From: an uncultured virus (IMG/VR IMGVR_UViG_3300009528_000001)
Lineage: Duplodnaviria; Heunggongvirae; Uroviricota; Caudoviricetes
IMG/VR virus record: IMGVR_UViG_3300009528_000001
Reading direction: 5' to 3' (one strand)
Length of the DNA: 64,000 bases
The stretch's first letter is position 1, and every line of letters starts with the position of its first letter. The notes under the pieces are model-generated. The model was not told where the DNA came from. It made no database searches and saw nothing but the letters and a program-made list of their open reading frames with translations. The position numbers and the translations under genes are program-made. Below are positions 28,668 to 38,254 of this stretch, one piece after another.

Positions 28668-29641
28668 TAGGAGTCCTGATAATACCCACAGGAATAGGCG
28701 CAACAATCGGCGGTCATGCTGGAGATGCAAATCCCGTATGTAAGTTATTAGCTGGGTGTTGCGATACCCTGATTACACACCCCAATGTTGTCAATGCATC
28801 TGACATTAACGAGATGCCAGAGAATGTTCTTTATGTCGAAGGGAGCATCCTAGATAGGTTTCTTAAGGATGAAGTTAACCTCGAACCCGTCAGAACCTAT
28901 AATAAGATTTTATTAGCATGTAATAAACCAATTTCAAATCAAACGATAAATGCTGTTAACGCTGCCCGGATAACGATAGGCGCTGATATTGAGATTGTCG
29001 AATTAGAATCTAAATTAAGGATGGTGGCAAGATTCGATCAAGGTTTGGCTACTGGTGACGTAATGGGATATATGTCATTAATTGGGCAGATTAAAGATTA
29101 TAATTTTGATGCTTTGGCAATTCACACTGTTATTGACGTGAAGAGGAATGTTGCTCTTGATTATTTTAAAAACGGTGGGATAAATCCATGGGGCGGCGTT
29201 GAGGCCAAGGCATCGAAATTAATTGCAAAGGCACTCATGAAACCTGTCGCTCATGCACCGCTTGAAGACATGGACACAAAAGATTCATTGCAAATAATTA
29301 ATTCTGCCATGAATCCACGTATGGCGCCTGAAGTTATTTCAAACTGCTATCTTCATTGTGTCCTAAAGGGATTGCACCGGGCGCCGAGGGTTTCTACTGG
29401 AAATCGGACCAAGGGAATATCAATTGATGACGTTGATTGGTTGGTTGCTCCTGATGGTTGCTGGAACGTTGCGCAATCTGCATGCAAAAAAGCTGGTATT
29501 CCAGTAATAGTAGTAAAAGAAAACAAAACATGTCTTAATATAAACACAGAATTCTCGATTGATATTCAAAACTATTGGGAGGCAGCTGGATATGTCATGG
29601 CAATGAAGGCTGGCATAAAACCTGATTCAGTAAGGGTATGA
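28664..29641 (+). CDS. DUF3326 family protein
   Basis: IPTGIGATIGGHAGDA, LITHPNVVNASD, PWGGVEA and PVAHAP motifs. Confidence 0.85.
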   Translation: MIGVLIIPTGIGATIGGHAGDANPVCKLLAGCCDTLITHPNVVNASDINEMPENVLYVEGSILDRFLKDEVNLEPVRTYNKILLACNKPISNQTINAVNAARITIGADIEIVELESKLRMVARFDQGLATGDVMGYMSLIGQIKDYNFDALAIHTVIDVKRNVALDYFKNGGINPWGGVEAKASKLIAKALMKPVAHAPLEDMDTKDSLQIINSAMNPRMAPEVISNCYLHCVLKGLHRAPRVSTGNRTKGISIDDVDWLVAPDGCWNVAQSACKKAGIPVIVVKENKTCLNINTEFSIDIQNYWEAAGYVMAMKAGIKPDSVRV

Positions 29642-29642
29642 T

Positions 29643-30665
29643 ATGAACGCCGCAATTCTCGAAAAACAGAATTCTCCACTAGTTATAGCTGATTTATGTC
29701 TCCCAAATCTGGAATGTGGCCAGGTTTTGGTTAAAGTGAAAGCTGCTGGAATTTGTGGCGCCCAAATAGGAGAGATTTCCGGATCTGCTGGACATGACAA
29801 ATACCTTCCGCATCTATTGGGTCATGAAGGGGCGGGGATTGTTAAAAACATCGGTCGTGGTGGTTCTCACTTGAAGAGAGGCGACCACGTCGTGATGCAT
29901 TGGCGAAAAGGGGCTGGTATAGATGCACAGCACTGCCCTGAATATAAATGGGGGGATAAGATAGTCGGGGCTGGCCCCATTCATACATTTACCGAATATG
30001 CCATAGTCTCTGAAAATCGTTTAACTCCAATTGACAAGGACATCCCTTTTGATGTAGCTGCCCTTATGGGATGCGCGGTCACAACCGGGCTTGGATTAAT
30101 AAACAATGAGGCTCATTTAAAAATCGGGCAGTCAATAGCTATTATTGGTTGCGGTGGTGTCGGCTTGAATATTGTTCAGGGTGCTGCGATGGTTGGTGCC
30201 GGGATCATTGATGCTTACGATATTTATCCAAATAAGCTGGAGATGGCAAATAAGTTTGGCGCAACCGGTCTTTATGATCCCACTAACATTAGACTCATCT
30301 ATTATCATGACTTATATGATGTAGTTGTCGATTGTACCGGCAAGACGGAAATGATTGAATATGGGTATAGCATAACATCACCAGGCGGTAGGATGATATT
30401 GGTCGGCCAGACATCCCACGATCAGGATCTTAAAATAAACAATATGCGACAACATTATTGTGGGAAGACGTTGATGGATAGCCAGGGCGGGTTAACCAAT
30501 CCCACGATAGACATACCTCGATATTTAAAATTATATAAAGCTGGGAAATTAAAAGTCGATGAGTTAGTAACTCATAGATTTTCGCTTAATGATATCAACA
30601 AAGCCATCGGCATAATCAAATCCGGGCAAGTGGGTAAATGCATTATAACGATGGGGGATTTGTAA
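29643..30665 (+). CDS. Zn-dependent MDR alcohol dehydrogenase
   Basis: AGICG, LLGHEGAG, GCAVTTG and GCGGVG motifs. Confidence 0.92.
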   Translation: MNAAILEKQNSPLVIADLCLPNLECGQVLVKVKAAGICGAQIGEISGSAGHDKYLPHLLGHEGAGIVKNIGRGGSHLKRGDHVVMHWRKGAGIDAQHCPEYKWGDKIVGAGPIHTFTEYAIVSENRLTPIDKDIPFDVAALMGCAVTTGLGLINNEAHLKIGQSIAIIGCGGVGLNIVQGAAMVGAGIIDAYDIYPNKLEMANKFGATGLYDPTNIRLIYYHDLYDVVVDCTGKTEMIEYGYSITSPGGRMILVGQTSHDQDLKINNMRQHYCGKTLMDSQGGLTNPTIDIPRYLKLYKAGKLKVDELVTHRFSLNDINKAIGIIKSGQVGKCIITMGDL

Positions 30666-31666
30666 TGGGATCAGGTGGCGAGGGATCATCGGATAAAGCG
30701 ACATCTAGGGTAATACAATCTGACGATTCAAAAATAAAGTTAGCCAATACTGGCGGTTCAGCAATCAATGCAGCCACTGAAGAAAAACAAGATGATATTG
30801 TCACGGAACTGCAAACAGTCCGTGTCCTTGATTCTGGTAATTCTACAACAGGAAACCTTGGTAATGGTGGCATATTTGAAGGAGAATGGATTGATGTATT
30901 AAATTATGCAAGTTTAAGCATTGAATTATCTACAGATCAATTATCAGCAATAGATGGATTCAAAGTTGAGTCAAGTGACGATGCGAATACCATAAATCAC
31001 ACTCATTCTTTTTCGATAAATGCAGGCTCTAATAAACATTATACGTTTACTTTAAGTGGTAGGTATTATCGGGTTAAATATATAAACGGAACAACACCCA
31101 CAGCAGCGTTTATCATAGGCTCTTCATTGAGCAAAATAGACCAATCACACCAGCACACTCATGGGGTGGAATTCGTTATCACATCCGATCATCCTGCGGA
31201 TTTAGTGAGGTCAGTGTTAACGGCCAAGAGGGCTGATAATGCATATGCTAATATACGTTCTACGAATGGTAATAATCTAAAAATATCACTGGAAGAACTT
31301 GAAGCTGCCATAAGTAGCAACTCAAATACTCAATTAAACGTAACTATTTACGACTCTTCCGGCCTTGAAGTGAACAGGATTGATGATACGCCGATATTTT
31401 TTGAAGATACCAGCTTTGAAACTGGTGATAGTCCAGTTACACTGGACATAAATAGTAGTGCTGGGCTGGGAAGAGAAGGCACCCAGGGGTGGATTAAAAA
31501 TGATGGCCCCGGTAACTTCACAATAGCTTTTTCAACTGACGGCGTATCTTTTGGCGACGAACATACTATGAAGCAAAATGAAGTTATGAGGTTTTCAGGT
31601 ATTGTTGTGGACAGTTTGCGCATAACATGGATAGCTGATAGCGCTTATAGGGTATCGGTGATATAA
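30665..31666 (+). CDS. Virion-structural-like beta protein
   Basis: S/T/N/G/D-rich; INAATEEKQD motif typical of phage fibre/decoration proteins. Confidence 0.5.
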   Translation: MGSGGEGSSDKATSRVIQSDDSKIKLANTGGSAINAATEEKQDDIVTELQTVRVLDSGNSTTGNLGNGGIFEGEWIDVLNYASLSIELSTDQLSAIDGFKVESSDDANTINHTHSFSINAGSNKHYTFTLSGRYYRVKYINGTTPTAAFIIGSSLSKIDQSHQHTHGVEFVITSDHPADLVRSVLTAKRADNAYANIRSTNGNNLKISLEELEAAISSNSNTQLNVTIYDSSGLEVNRIDDTPIFFEDTSFETGDSPVTLDINSSAGLGREGTQGWIKNDGPGNFTIAFSTDGVSFGDEHTMKQNEVMRFSGIVVDSLRITWIADSAYRVSVI

Positions 31667-32149
31667 ATGGTAGAACTCACTCCTAATGTTGGTATTTGTG
31701 ACGTCATTAGAACGCCTATTGTAGCCAATTCCGTGGACATAATTGATAGTGACGGTACATTGATATCTGGGTCAGTATCAGACATTCAAAACTGGGAAGA
31801 TAATAATTCAATCCATTTCCAAGAAGTCACGGGAGTGCCAGGTTTTAATATTCAGTTTACATTTGCCAATGTTAGGGATTTTTGTTTCATTGGTATTTCA
31901 GCTTATTATGATGGAACACATTATATCCAGACACAGATATTTGATGATGAGAATTCAGTCTGGAGATTATTATGGACTTTTGATAGGGGATTAGATTTCA
32001 ATTATAGGTTTAGTGATTTACCAGTGGGCATAGCAAGTAGGCGTAATTATATTAACGGCAGCAACGAAGTATTAATTAGGCTTTATCATCCGACAACAGG
32101 AAATGCATCGCATGATCTATTCATAAATTATGCATCAATAATAGGATAG
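31667..32149 (+). CDS. Hypothetical beta-sandwich protein
   Basis: Abuts the upstream gene; aromatic and beta-rich. Confidence 0.5.
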   Translation: MVELTPNVGICDVIRTPIVANSVDIIDSDGTLISGSVSDIQNWEDNNSIHFQEVTGVPGFNIQFTFANVRDFCFIGISAYYDGTHYIQTQIFDDENSVWRLLWTFDRGLDFNYRFSDLPVGIASRRNYINGSNEVLIRLYHPTTGNASHDLFINYASIIG

Positions 32150-32157
32150 AGTGTATT

Positions 32158-32433
32158 ATGACTACAAAGCGCAGCTGGTGGTCAGATAATTGGAAATCAT
32201 TGGCGTGGCTTATATTTTTTATGGGTGTGGCTTGGACTACATTGGAATATAAAATTGACCGCATCGAAGCCAGAGAAGTATCAAGAGAGGTTTTTGATGA
32301 TCTTGGGTTCCCGAAAGTAGATGGAGAAATATTAGAGAACGAACTTTCACACATAAAAAAACAGCTCAAAAGGATTGAGGATAAGACTATCGAGACCCAT
32401 GAACTTATAAAGGCAATCCACCCCCATGAATAA
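32158..32433 (+). CDS. TM plus coiled-coil protein
   Basis: N-terminal TM helix then heptad-like region. Confidence 0.5.
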   Translation: MTTKRSWWSDNWKSLAWLIFFMGVAWTTLEYKIDRIEAREVSREVFDDLGFPKVDGEILENELSHIKKQLKRIEDKTIETHELIKAIHPHE

Positions 32434-33196
32434 TATTGAAAAATTCTTAAAAGAACTCACTGTCTATGATTGCGACCTGACAAAGGTTAGATTGGGCGGT
32501 CCAGGTGATGGCGGTTATGTTGTTCTGGAAGAGTTATGCCAGAAAACAACCAAGTTGATAACTGTTGGGGTGGGTGATGATATAGGATTAGAACTTGATT
32601 TCATGAATAAATTTAACCCGGATAAAATAATCTTATTCGATCCGACAATTGATGGGATTAAAGAGGATCATCCGAAAATTGAATTTCATAAAAAAGAATT
32701 CACAGAGAACTCTGTTAAAATCCCTTTGAGATCAATGCTTAAAATAGACATTGAATGGAATGAGTGGGATTTGTTGGAAAATTTAAGTAGGTCAACATTA
32801 GAAATGTTTGATCAGGTTCTTGTTGAGTTCCATATTATTCATACTCAACCCAAAGATGGACTATCGCCATATTTCAACGGTGTTTATCAAGATGCACATG
32901 ACAAAATAAATCAAGATCTTTTTTTCAAATATTATTCTGAGTTGAAAAAGCTGAATGAAGTTTTCTGTATTTATCATATTCATGCAAATAATTCTTTGCC
33001 GGTTGTCAAAGTTGAAGAAGGAAAAGGCGGTGATCGATATAGTCATGTATTCCCGCCATTACTTGAGGTGAGCTTTGTGCACAAAGAACTTGCCGGGAAT
33101 ATAAAACCAAAGATCGGTACATTCCCAGAAGGTTGCTTGGATCGTTCAAATAAATCTGATAGGCCAGATATTTTTAATTGGTATCCCATATGTTGA
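32426..33196 (+). CDS. FkbM/Methyltransf_22-like methyltransferase
   Basis: RLGGPGDGGYVV, LKIDIEWNEW, QVLVEFH and HIHANN motifs. Confidence 0.8.
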   Translation: MNNIEKFLKELTVYDCDLTKVRLGGPGDGGYVVLEELCQKTTKLITVGVGDDIGLELDFMNKFNPDKIILFDPTIDGIKEDHPKIEFHKKEFTENSVKIPLRSMLKIDIEWNEWDLLENLSRSTLEMFDQVLVEFHIIHTQPKDGLSPYFNGVYQDAHDKINQDLFFKYYSELKKLNEVFCIYHIHANNSLPVVKVEEGKGGDRYSHVFPPLLEVSFVHKELAGNIKPKIGTFPEGCLDRSNKSDRPDIFNWYPIC

Positions 33197-33672
33197 ATTC
33201 ACTTAAAAGTAAAAAAATAGGTTATATTTTGATGACATTGAATTTTTGTTCAATATTCTTATATCCTCCCAAGCACGTACTGGCTTTTATGCTTTTCGGC
33301 TTGATGGGCGCTGTACTAATTCAAATGATTTTTTTTCCTAACGAGAATAAAAATGGTCCTTGTTCGGGAATTTTATAATTGGTACCCGATATGCTAAATA
33401 TGTCTAATGATTTTTGGCTTGGTTTCGGTGTAGGCGAATTATTCATGCTCATAACTATTGTTTTATTTTTTATAAGTCATAAAAGAAAAATATCCCCGTA
33501 TTATTTAAGCAAAGCTATTAGGAAACATATAAAAGAAAATGGTTGGGTTAGGTTTGATGGCACACCGCTGGTGGGGGGTAGTAAAGTAACAGGGCACTCC
33601 TTTGGGCCTCCTCCGGGAGTAATAAAACCAATACCCCCACCTTCACCTCCAAAAGGGAGGCGACCGCAATAA

Positions 33673-34410
33673 ATGCTAAACGACCGCTCAAAACAAATCA
33701 GACGCGATACCATAAAGCTTTCAAAGGCTAATGGCGGGTATCACTGGGGCGGTGCTTTCTCGATTGTTGAAATATTGATTGCCCTCTATGATCACGTTCT
33801 TACCGATGATGACCGGTTTATTTTGAGCAAAGGACATGCTTGCTGGCCCTGGTATGTTATCTTGCGCGAGAAGGGGTTTAACCCGAGACTTGAGGGGCAT
33901 CCATCCCGTGACCCTCATAACGGTATTATCTGCTCAACCGGGAGCCTTGGGCATGGTTTTCCGATGGGCGTTGGTATGGCGATGGCAAAGAAATTGAAGG
34001 GAGAGCCGGGTAAAATTTACGTTCTTATGGGAGACGGCGAATGCCAAGAGGGTACAACTTGGGAGTCAATGCTGATTGCGGCACATCACAAGCTTGATAA
34101 TCTGGTTGTGATTGTGGATTCTAATAATATTCAGGGATCTGGCATGATATCCAATATATTACCCATGAATGCATTATGGGAAGCTTCAAATAATGCAGGT
34201 TGGATTGTAATGAAGACATTAGAAGGAAATGATATTGATAGGATAATTAACCTGCTACTTACCAAAACCACAACTCCAAACAAACCGAATTTATTTTTTA
34301 TACATACAATCAAAGGCAAGGGCGTCTCTTTCATGGAAAACAAACCCGAGTGGCATGCAAAATGGTTGGGTGATGACCAGGAAAAGATTGCTATGGAAGA
34401 ATTACAATAA
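33673..34410 (+). CDS. Transketolase-like TPP-binding subunit
   Basis: DRFILSKGH, TGSLGHG, GDGECQEG...N and TIKGKG motifs. Confidence 0.93.
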   Translation: MLNDRSKQIRRDTIKLSKANGGYHWGGAFSIVEILIALYDHVLTDDDRFILSKGHACWPWYVILREKGFNPRLEGHPSRDPHNGIICSTGSLGHGFPMGVGMAMAKKLKGEPGKIYVLMGDGECQEGTTWESMLIAAHHKLDNLVVIVDSNNIQGSGMISNILPMNALWEASNNAGWIVMKTLEGNDIDRIINLLLTKTTTPNKPNLFFIHTIKGKGVSFMENKPEWHAKWLGDDQEKIAMEELQ

Positions 34411-35126
34411 TGCATAAATACATCCTCTTATCAACGTTGCAGAGCACCGGTACCTGGTGGGTTATTGATGCCTTGCGGAAACATCCAGACATCGGTGGTC
34501 TCGCACATACCAACAACTTAATGGCGCTTCAAAATGGATGGGTATTGCGGGATGGGTGGACGGGTAATCCTCACAACGAAGCACTTGCGCCGGCCGGCAA
34601 GTTCACTTTACTATATGAGCATTACGGGGCGGTTCAGTCACCTTTCTACCGTTGGTACCCACAATCAGCACAAGAGTCAATGATGTTGGTTGTCCCGACG
34701 CTATCACCCCTCAGAGATCCGCTATTGTGCATGATTCGTGCCTGGCACCGGGAACCGCCTCTATATCCTTATGATTGGTTATTGGATGCCTGGATTAATA
34801 TTGCAAACAAGGGTGAAACATTGGGAGTCAAGTTCTGGCGGATGGATCCGTTTGACCAACAAGGTTTTGTTAATGCGATAGTTGGAGTCGGCTTGTCACC
34901 TGGATATCCTCAATATCATTATGATTGGTTAGACAGCCTTAAGCCGGCAGAACGCATAAATAATACTCCGGGAGAATGTGATTTAAGGGTTGATTATGCA
35001 AACTTTGATACAGTTGCTTTGCAAAAGAAATTACCGGGGCCATGGCGAAGATTGAAAGAATCACAACCGGTGCTCCGGCCATTTCTGGAAAAGTATGGCT
35101 TCACAAACTTGTTATGGTGGGATTGA
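34410..35126 (+). CDS. Sulfotransferase-like (P-loop) protein
   Basis: QSTGTWW resembles the 5'-PSB loop and LRDPL the 3'-PB motif. Confidence 0.5.
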   Translation: MHKYILLSTLQSTGTWWVIDALRKHPDIGGLAHTNNLMALQNGWVLRDGWTGNPHNEALAPAGKFTLLYEHYGAVQSPFYRWYPQSAQESMMLVVPTLSPLRDPLLCMIRAWHREPPLYPYDWLLDAWINIANKGETLGVKFWRMDPFDQQGFVNAIVGVGLSPGYPQYHYDWLDSLKPAERINNTPGECDLRVDYANFDTVALQKKLPGPWRRLKESQPVLRPFLEKYGFTNLLWWD

Positions 35127-35127
35127 T

Positions 35128-35832
35128 ATGGAAATAGTATGCACAATAGGCCCGGCGACAAATTCACCATCAATGGTTAGAAAGCTTTGGTGTGCCGGTG
35201 TTACTATTTTTCGGTTGAATCTTTCTTATACCAATGAGATGGATGAGATTAAAGCATTTATTGGCATGGTTCGAACGGAAACCGGTGCAAAAACTTGTCT
35301 TGATACCCATGGCAAGAAGTTTTGTCCCCCCTCCAGTGACATTGATTTCACGAATTTCGATGCTAGGGCATGGACTAAATTCGTTGAATCAGTTGATCAA
35401 TTTGCCATCTCATTTGCACAAAGCGCGAAACCCATAGAACAGATGAGACTTAAAGATAAAAATATGATTATCGCCAAGATAGAAGATAAGCGTGGAGTAA
35501 ATAATAAAACAGAAATAATAGATGCCGCTGATATTATCTTAATTGACCGTGGCGACCTGTCAAAATCATTTCCACCTGAGGAGATACCCCGAATATGCCG
35601 GGAAATTATACTGACGTGCAAGGGAATGAAAACCCCTGTATGGGTAGCAACAAATCTCCTGGAATCAATGGTTGGAAGTCCACAGCCAACACAGGCCGAG
35701 GTGAATGATATCGCAACATTACTTATGCTGGGGGTTGACGGGTTGGTGCTAGCCGCTGAGACGGCAATCGGGAAATATCCCATAGAATGCGTGCAGTTTG
35801 TGCGTAAGATGGTGGATTTGTACCATGCGTAG
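35128..35832 (+). CDS. Pyruvate kinase-like TIM barrel (truncated, no B/C domains)
   Basis: IVCTIGPA, FRLNLS, IAKIE, DRGDL, ATNLLESM and AAETAIGKYP motifs; only ~234 aa. Confidence 0.88.
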   Translation: MEIVCTIGPATNSPSMVRKLWCAGVTIFRLNLSYTNEMDEIKAFIGMVRTETGAKTCLDTHGKKFCPPSSDIDFTNFDARAWTKFVESVDQFAISFAQSAKPIEQMRLKDKNMIIAKIEDKRGVNNKTEIIDAADIILIDRGDLSKSFPPEEIPRICREIILTCKGMKTPVWVATNLLESMVGSPQPTQAEVNDIATLLMLGVDGLVLAAETAIGKYPIECVQFVRKMVDLYHA

Positions 35833-36307
35833 ACAGTTCGGAAAAACAATCGTAAAACTTGCAACAAAAGATCCCCGGATCATCCTTCTGATCTGCGATG
35901 TTTTCCAGGAGATGGAAGAGTTCGTGGAAAAATTCCCGGATAGATTCTTTAACACAGGGCTTACAGAACAGAGCACGATAAGCATAGCCGCAGGGATGGC
36001 GATAGAGGGATTGAGGCCGGTAGTCTATACATTGACACCTTTTTTAATTGAGCGGCCATTTGAGCAGATAAAGCTTGATATAGACGGGCAAAAACTACCG
36101 GTCATGCTGGTGGGGAATGCCGATTATCCCACTCATGGAGTTTCCCACAGGCCATTAAATGCAGAAGGGCTTGTCGGTTTGTTGAAAAACACCCATGGTT
36201 ATTTCCCCCGAAATATGGCGGAAACAGAGAAAGCCATGTTTGACTCATATTTAATGGCAGAACCGGCTATTATTTGCTTGAAGAAAGACGGATTGCCGAT
36301 ATTATGA
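35825..36307 (+). CDS. Transketolase-like pyrimidine-binding subunit (short)
   Basis: FPDRFFNTGLTEQ, AAGMAIEG and HGVSH motifs. Confidence 0.9.
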   Translation: MRRQFGKTIVKLATKDPRIILLICDVFQEMEEFVEKFPDRFFNTGLTEQSTISIAAGMAIEGLRPVVYTLTPFLIERPFEQIKLDIDGQKLPVMLVGNADYPTHGVSHRPLNAEGLVGLLKNTHGYFPRNMAETEKAMFDSYLMAEPAIICLKKDGLPIL

Positions 36308-36584
36308 AAAAGATTATCAGGTATATAGGGATAGGTCTTTTCTCACTATTTTTGGCTATATTTTTCAATGGTCAATATAATTTACGAATAATGACCGATG
36401 AAGAGTTATAAAGAATGAGAACAGGGCAACTAATCATATTGATCGTTTCTTTATATTGGGGAATTTATTTAAGATTTACAAATCCTCAACTTACTGAATC
36501 ACAATTATTTTTAAACAATTGGCAGTTAATCTTCCCTCTATTTATTGGATTTGGGATAGAATATTTTAGAAGAAAAAAATTATT

Positions 36585-37241
36585 ATGAAAACAGTATTAA
36601 TAACAGGGGCAACAAGGGGGCTAGGGTTATCATTGACTAAAGCATTCCTTGTTGGGGGCTATCATTTAATCTTGAATTCAAAAAATATCGGGGCATCTAT
36701 GAATGAAAATATAGATGTCGTAAAAGGTGATCTTGCAGACAATAAAACAATCCCCGCATTGGCAAAAATAGCCAGGGAAAGAAATGTAGATGTTCTGATC
36801 AATAATGCGGCGATCTATCAGAATAAACAATTTAACGACATGTCTGAACGTGATTATCGGCATATTATGGAAATAAATCTTGCTGTGCCAATTAAGTTGA
36901 CAAAGGCGATATGGCCAATCTTCAGGAAAAATGTCAGGGGCCATGTTATTAATATAAACTCAGTTGCGGGAAAACATGGTAGCAGTGGAGAGTCGGCATA
37001 TTCTTCAAGCAAATTTGGATTACGTGGTTTTTCTCAATCGCTACGGGTGGAGGCCGCAAAGTTCAATATTATGATAACTGATGTCTTTCTTGGTGCAATG
37101 AAAACTGGCATGACGGCGCACCGACAAGATCATGATAAATTGATCGATCCCGATGAGGCGGCAAAGGTAATTTATACTGTATCCGCGACCTATAAAACTT
37201 TAGATATTTCAGAGATTGAAATAAGGCGGACAAATTATTAA
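36585..37241 (+). CDS. Short-chain dehydrogenase/reductase
   Basis: TGATRGLG, LINNAA and YSSSK motifs. Confidence 0.93.
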   Translation: MKTVLITGATRGLGLSLTKAFLVGGYHLILNSKNIGASMNENIDVVKGDLADNKTIPALAKIARERNVDVLINNAAIYQNKQFNDMSERDYRHIMEINLAVPIKLTKAIWPIFRKNVRGHVININSVAGKHGSSGESAYSSSKFGLRGFSQSLRVEAAKFNIMITDVFLGAMKTGMTAHRQDHDKLIDPDEAAKVIYTVSATYKTLDISEIEIRRTNY

Positions 37242-38254
37242 TGCCAAGAAGAGTTAGTTACACGAACCATACTTGCACTTGCGGGAGCAGAGATTTCCGT
37301 GAAATAAACAATTATAGCGAAGAATGTCTTGCTTGTGGCAAAGTCAGTAAAATTCTTTATACATCTAATGTAAACGGGCAGAATGTAATGACTGGCATCA
37401 GCGAGAATATATCCCCACAAATAAAACAAAGGAAAAGTTTATTAGCCTACAGAATGTATTCTGGAATTGGCGATTGGATGATGGCTCTGTCTGTTTTAAA
37501 GATGGTTAATATCCAATTTCCCAACATTGACATATATTTAAATATGGTGGGAAAGACCGTTGCAAGGCGCGGGGCTGGCCCGGTTATGTTGCCAGATATC
37601 ATTAATCAAATTATTGATAGTTTTGACGTAAAAATAGCTGGTAAAACATATTTCAATAATCCATCTGATCATTCGCCAGACTATGATTATATTTCCGGTC
37701 ATATGAAATATACTAAAAGCGACAAAGAGTTCTTTGTAAAAAGCATGGTTGATAATTTTAACATAAATACCGGTTTGGAATTAGTTTATAAAAAAGGTAT
37801 AAGTGCAAAATATAATGGTGAAATTGCTACTTTGCCAACCGATATATCAAAACCATATATACTTATACAGTCTTGCTCAAAAAGAGGAAATATGAGCAGG
37901 AAATGGAAAGACTACGGCGCGCTTAACATGCAAAAAATTTGTATAAAATTAAGAAATTCATTTAATCTTATACAAATTGGCCAAAAAGGAGATTTTGAGA
38001 TTGAGGGAATATCAAGATATTTATCTCCAAGCCTGTCAATGCTACATGCATTGATGGTCAATTCTAAGTTATTTGTTGGATTAGATGGCATGCTTGGCGT
38101 TTTTGCCAGTTATCATAAAGTAAAACAATATATTATCTATAATAACCCATCAAGCTATTCATGGACTTCATTCCCTCATAGGACCCAAATTGATGGCGAA
38201 TCAATGAGACCTAATCAAATAGCTGGATTGATATGCAATCAAGAGAATGGATAA
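37241..38254 (+). CDS. GT9-like glycosyltransferase with N-terminal Zn ribbon
   Basis: GIGDWMM, KWKDY, IQIG and LFVGLDG motifs. Confidence 0.7.
   Translation: MPRRVSYTNHTCTCGSRDFREINNYSEECLACGKVSKILYTSNVNGQNVMTGISENISPQIKQRKSLLAYRMYSGIGDWMMALSVLKMVNIQFPNIDIYLNMVGKTVARRGAGPVMLPDIINQIIDSFDVKIAGKTYFNNPSDHSPDYDYISGHMKYTKSDKEFFVKSMVDNFNINTGLELVYKKGISAKYNGEIATLPTDISKPYILIQSCSKRGNMSRKWKDYGALNMQKICIKLRNSFNLIQIGQKGDFEIEGISRYLSPSLSMLHALMVNSKLFVGLDGMLGVFASYHKVKQYIIYNNPSSYSWTSFPHRTQIDGESMRPNQIAGLICNQENG

Noticed and set aside
33673..36307. Central-carbon AMGs or host contamination
   Set aside because: The genes are truncated, coupled to glycosyl/sulfotransferases and flanked by contiguous capsid and neck genes; a biosynthetic modification role fits better.
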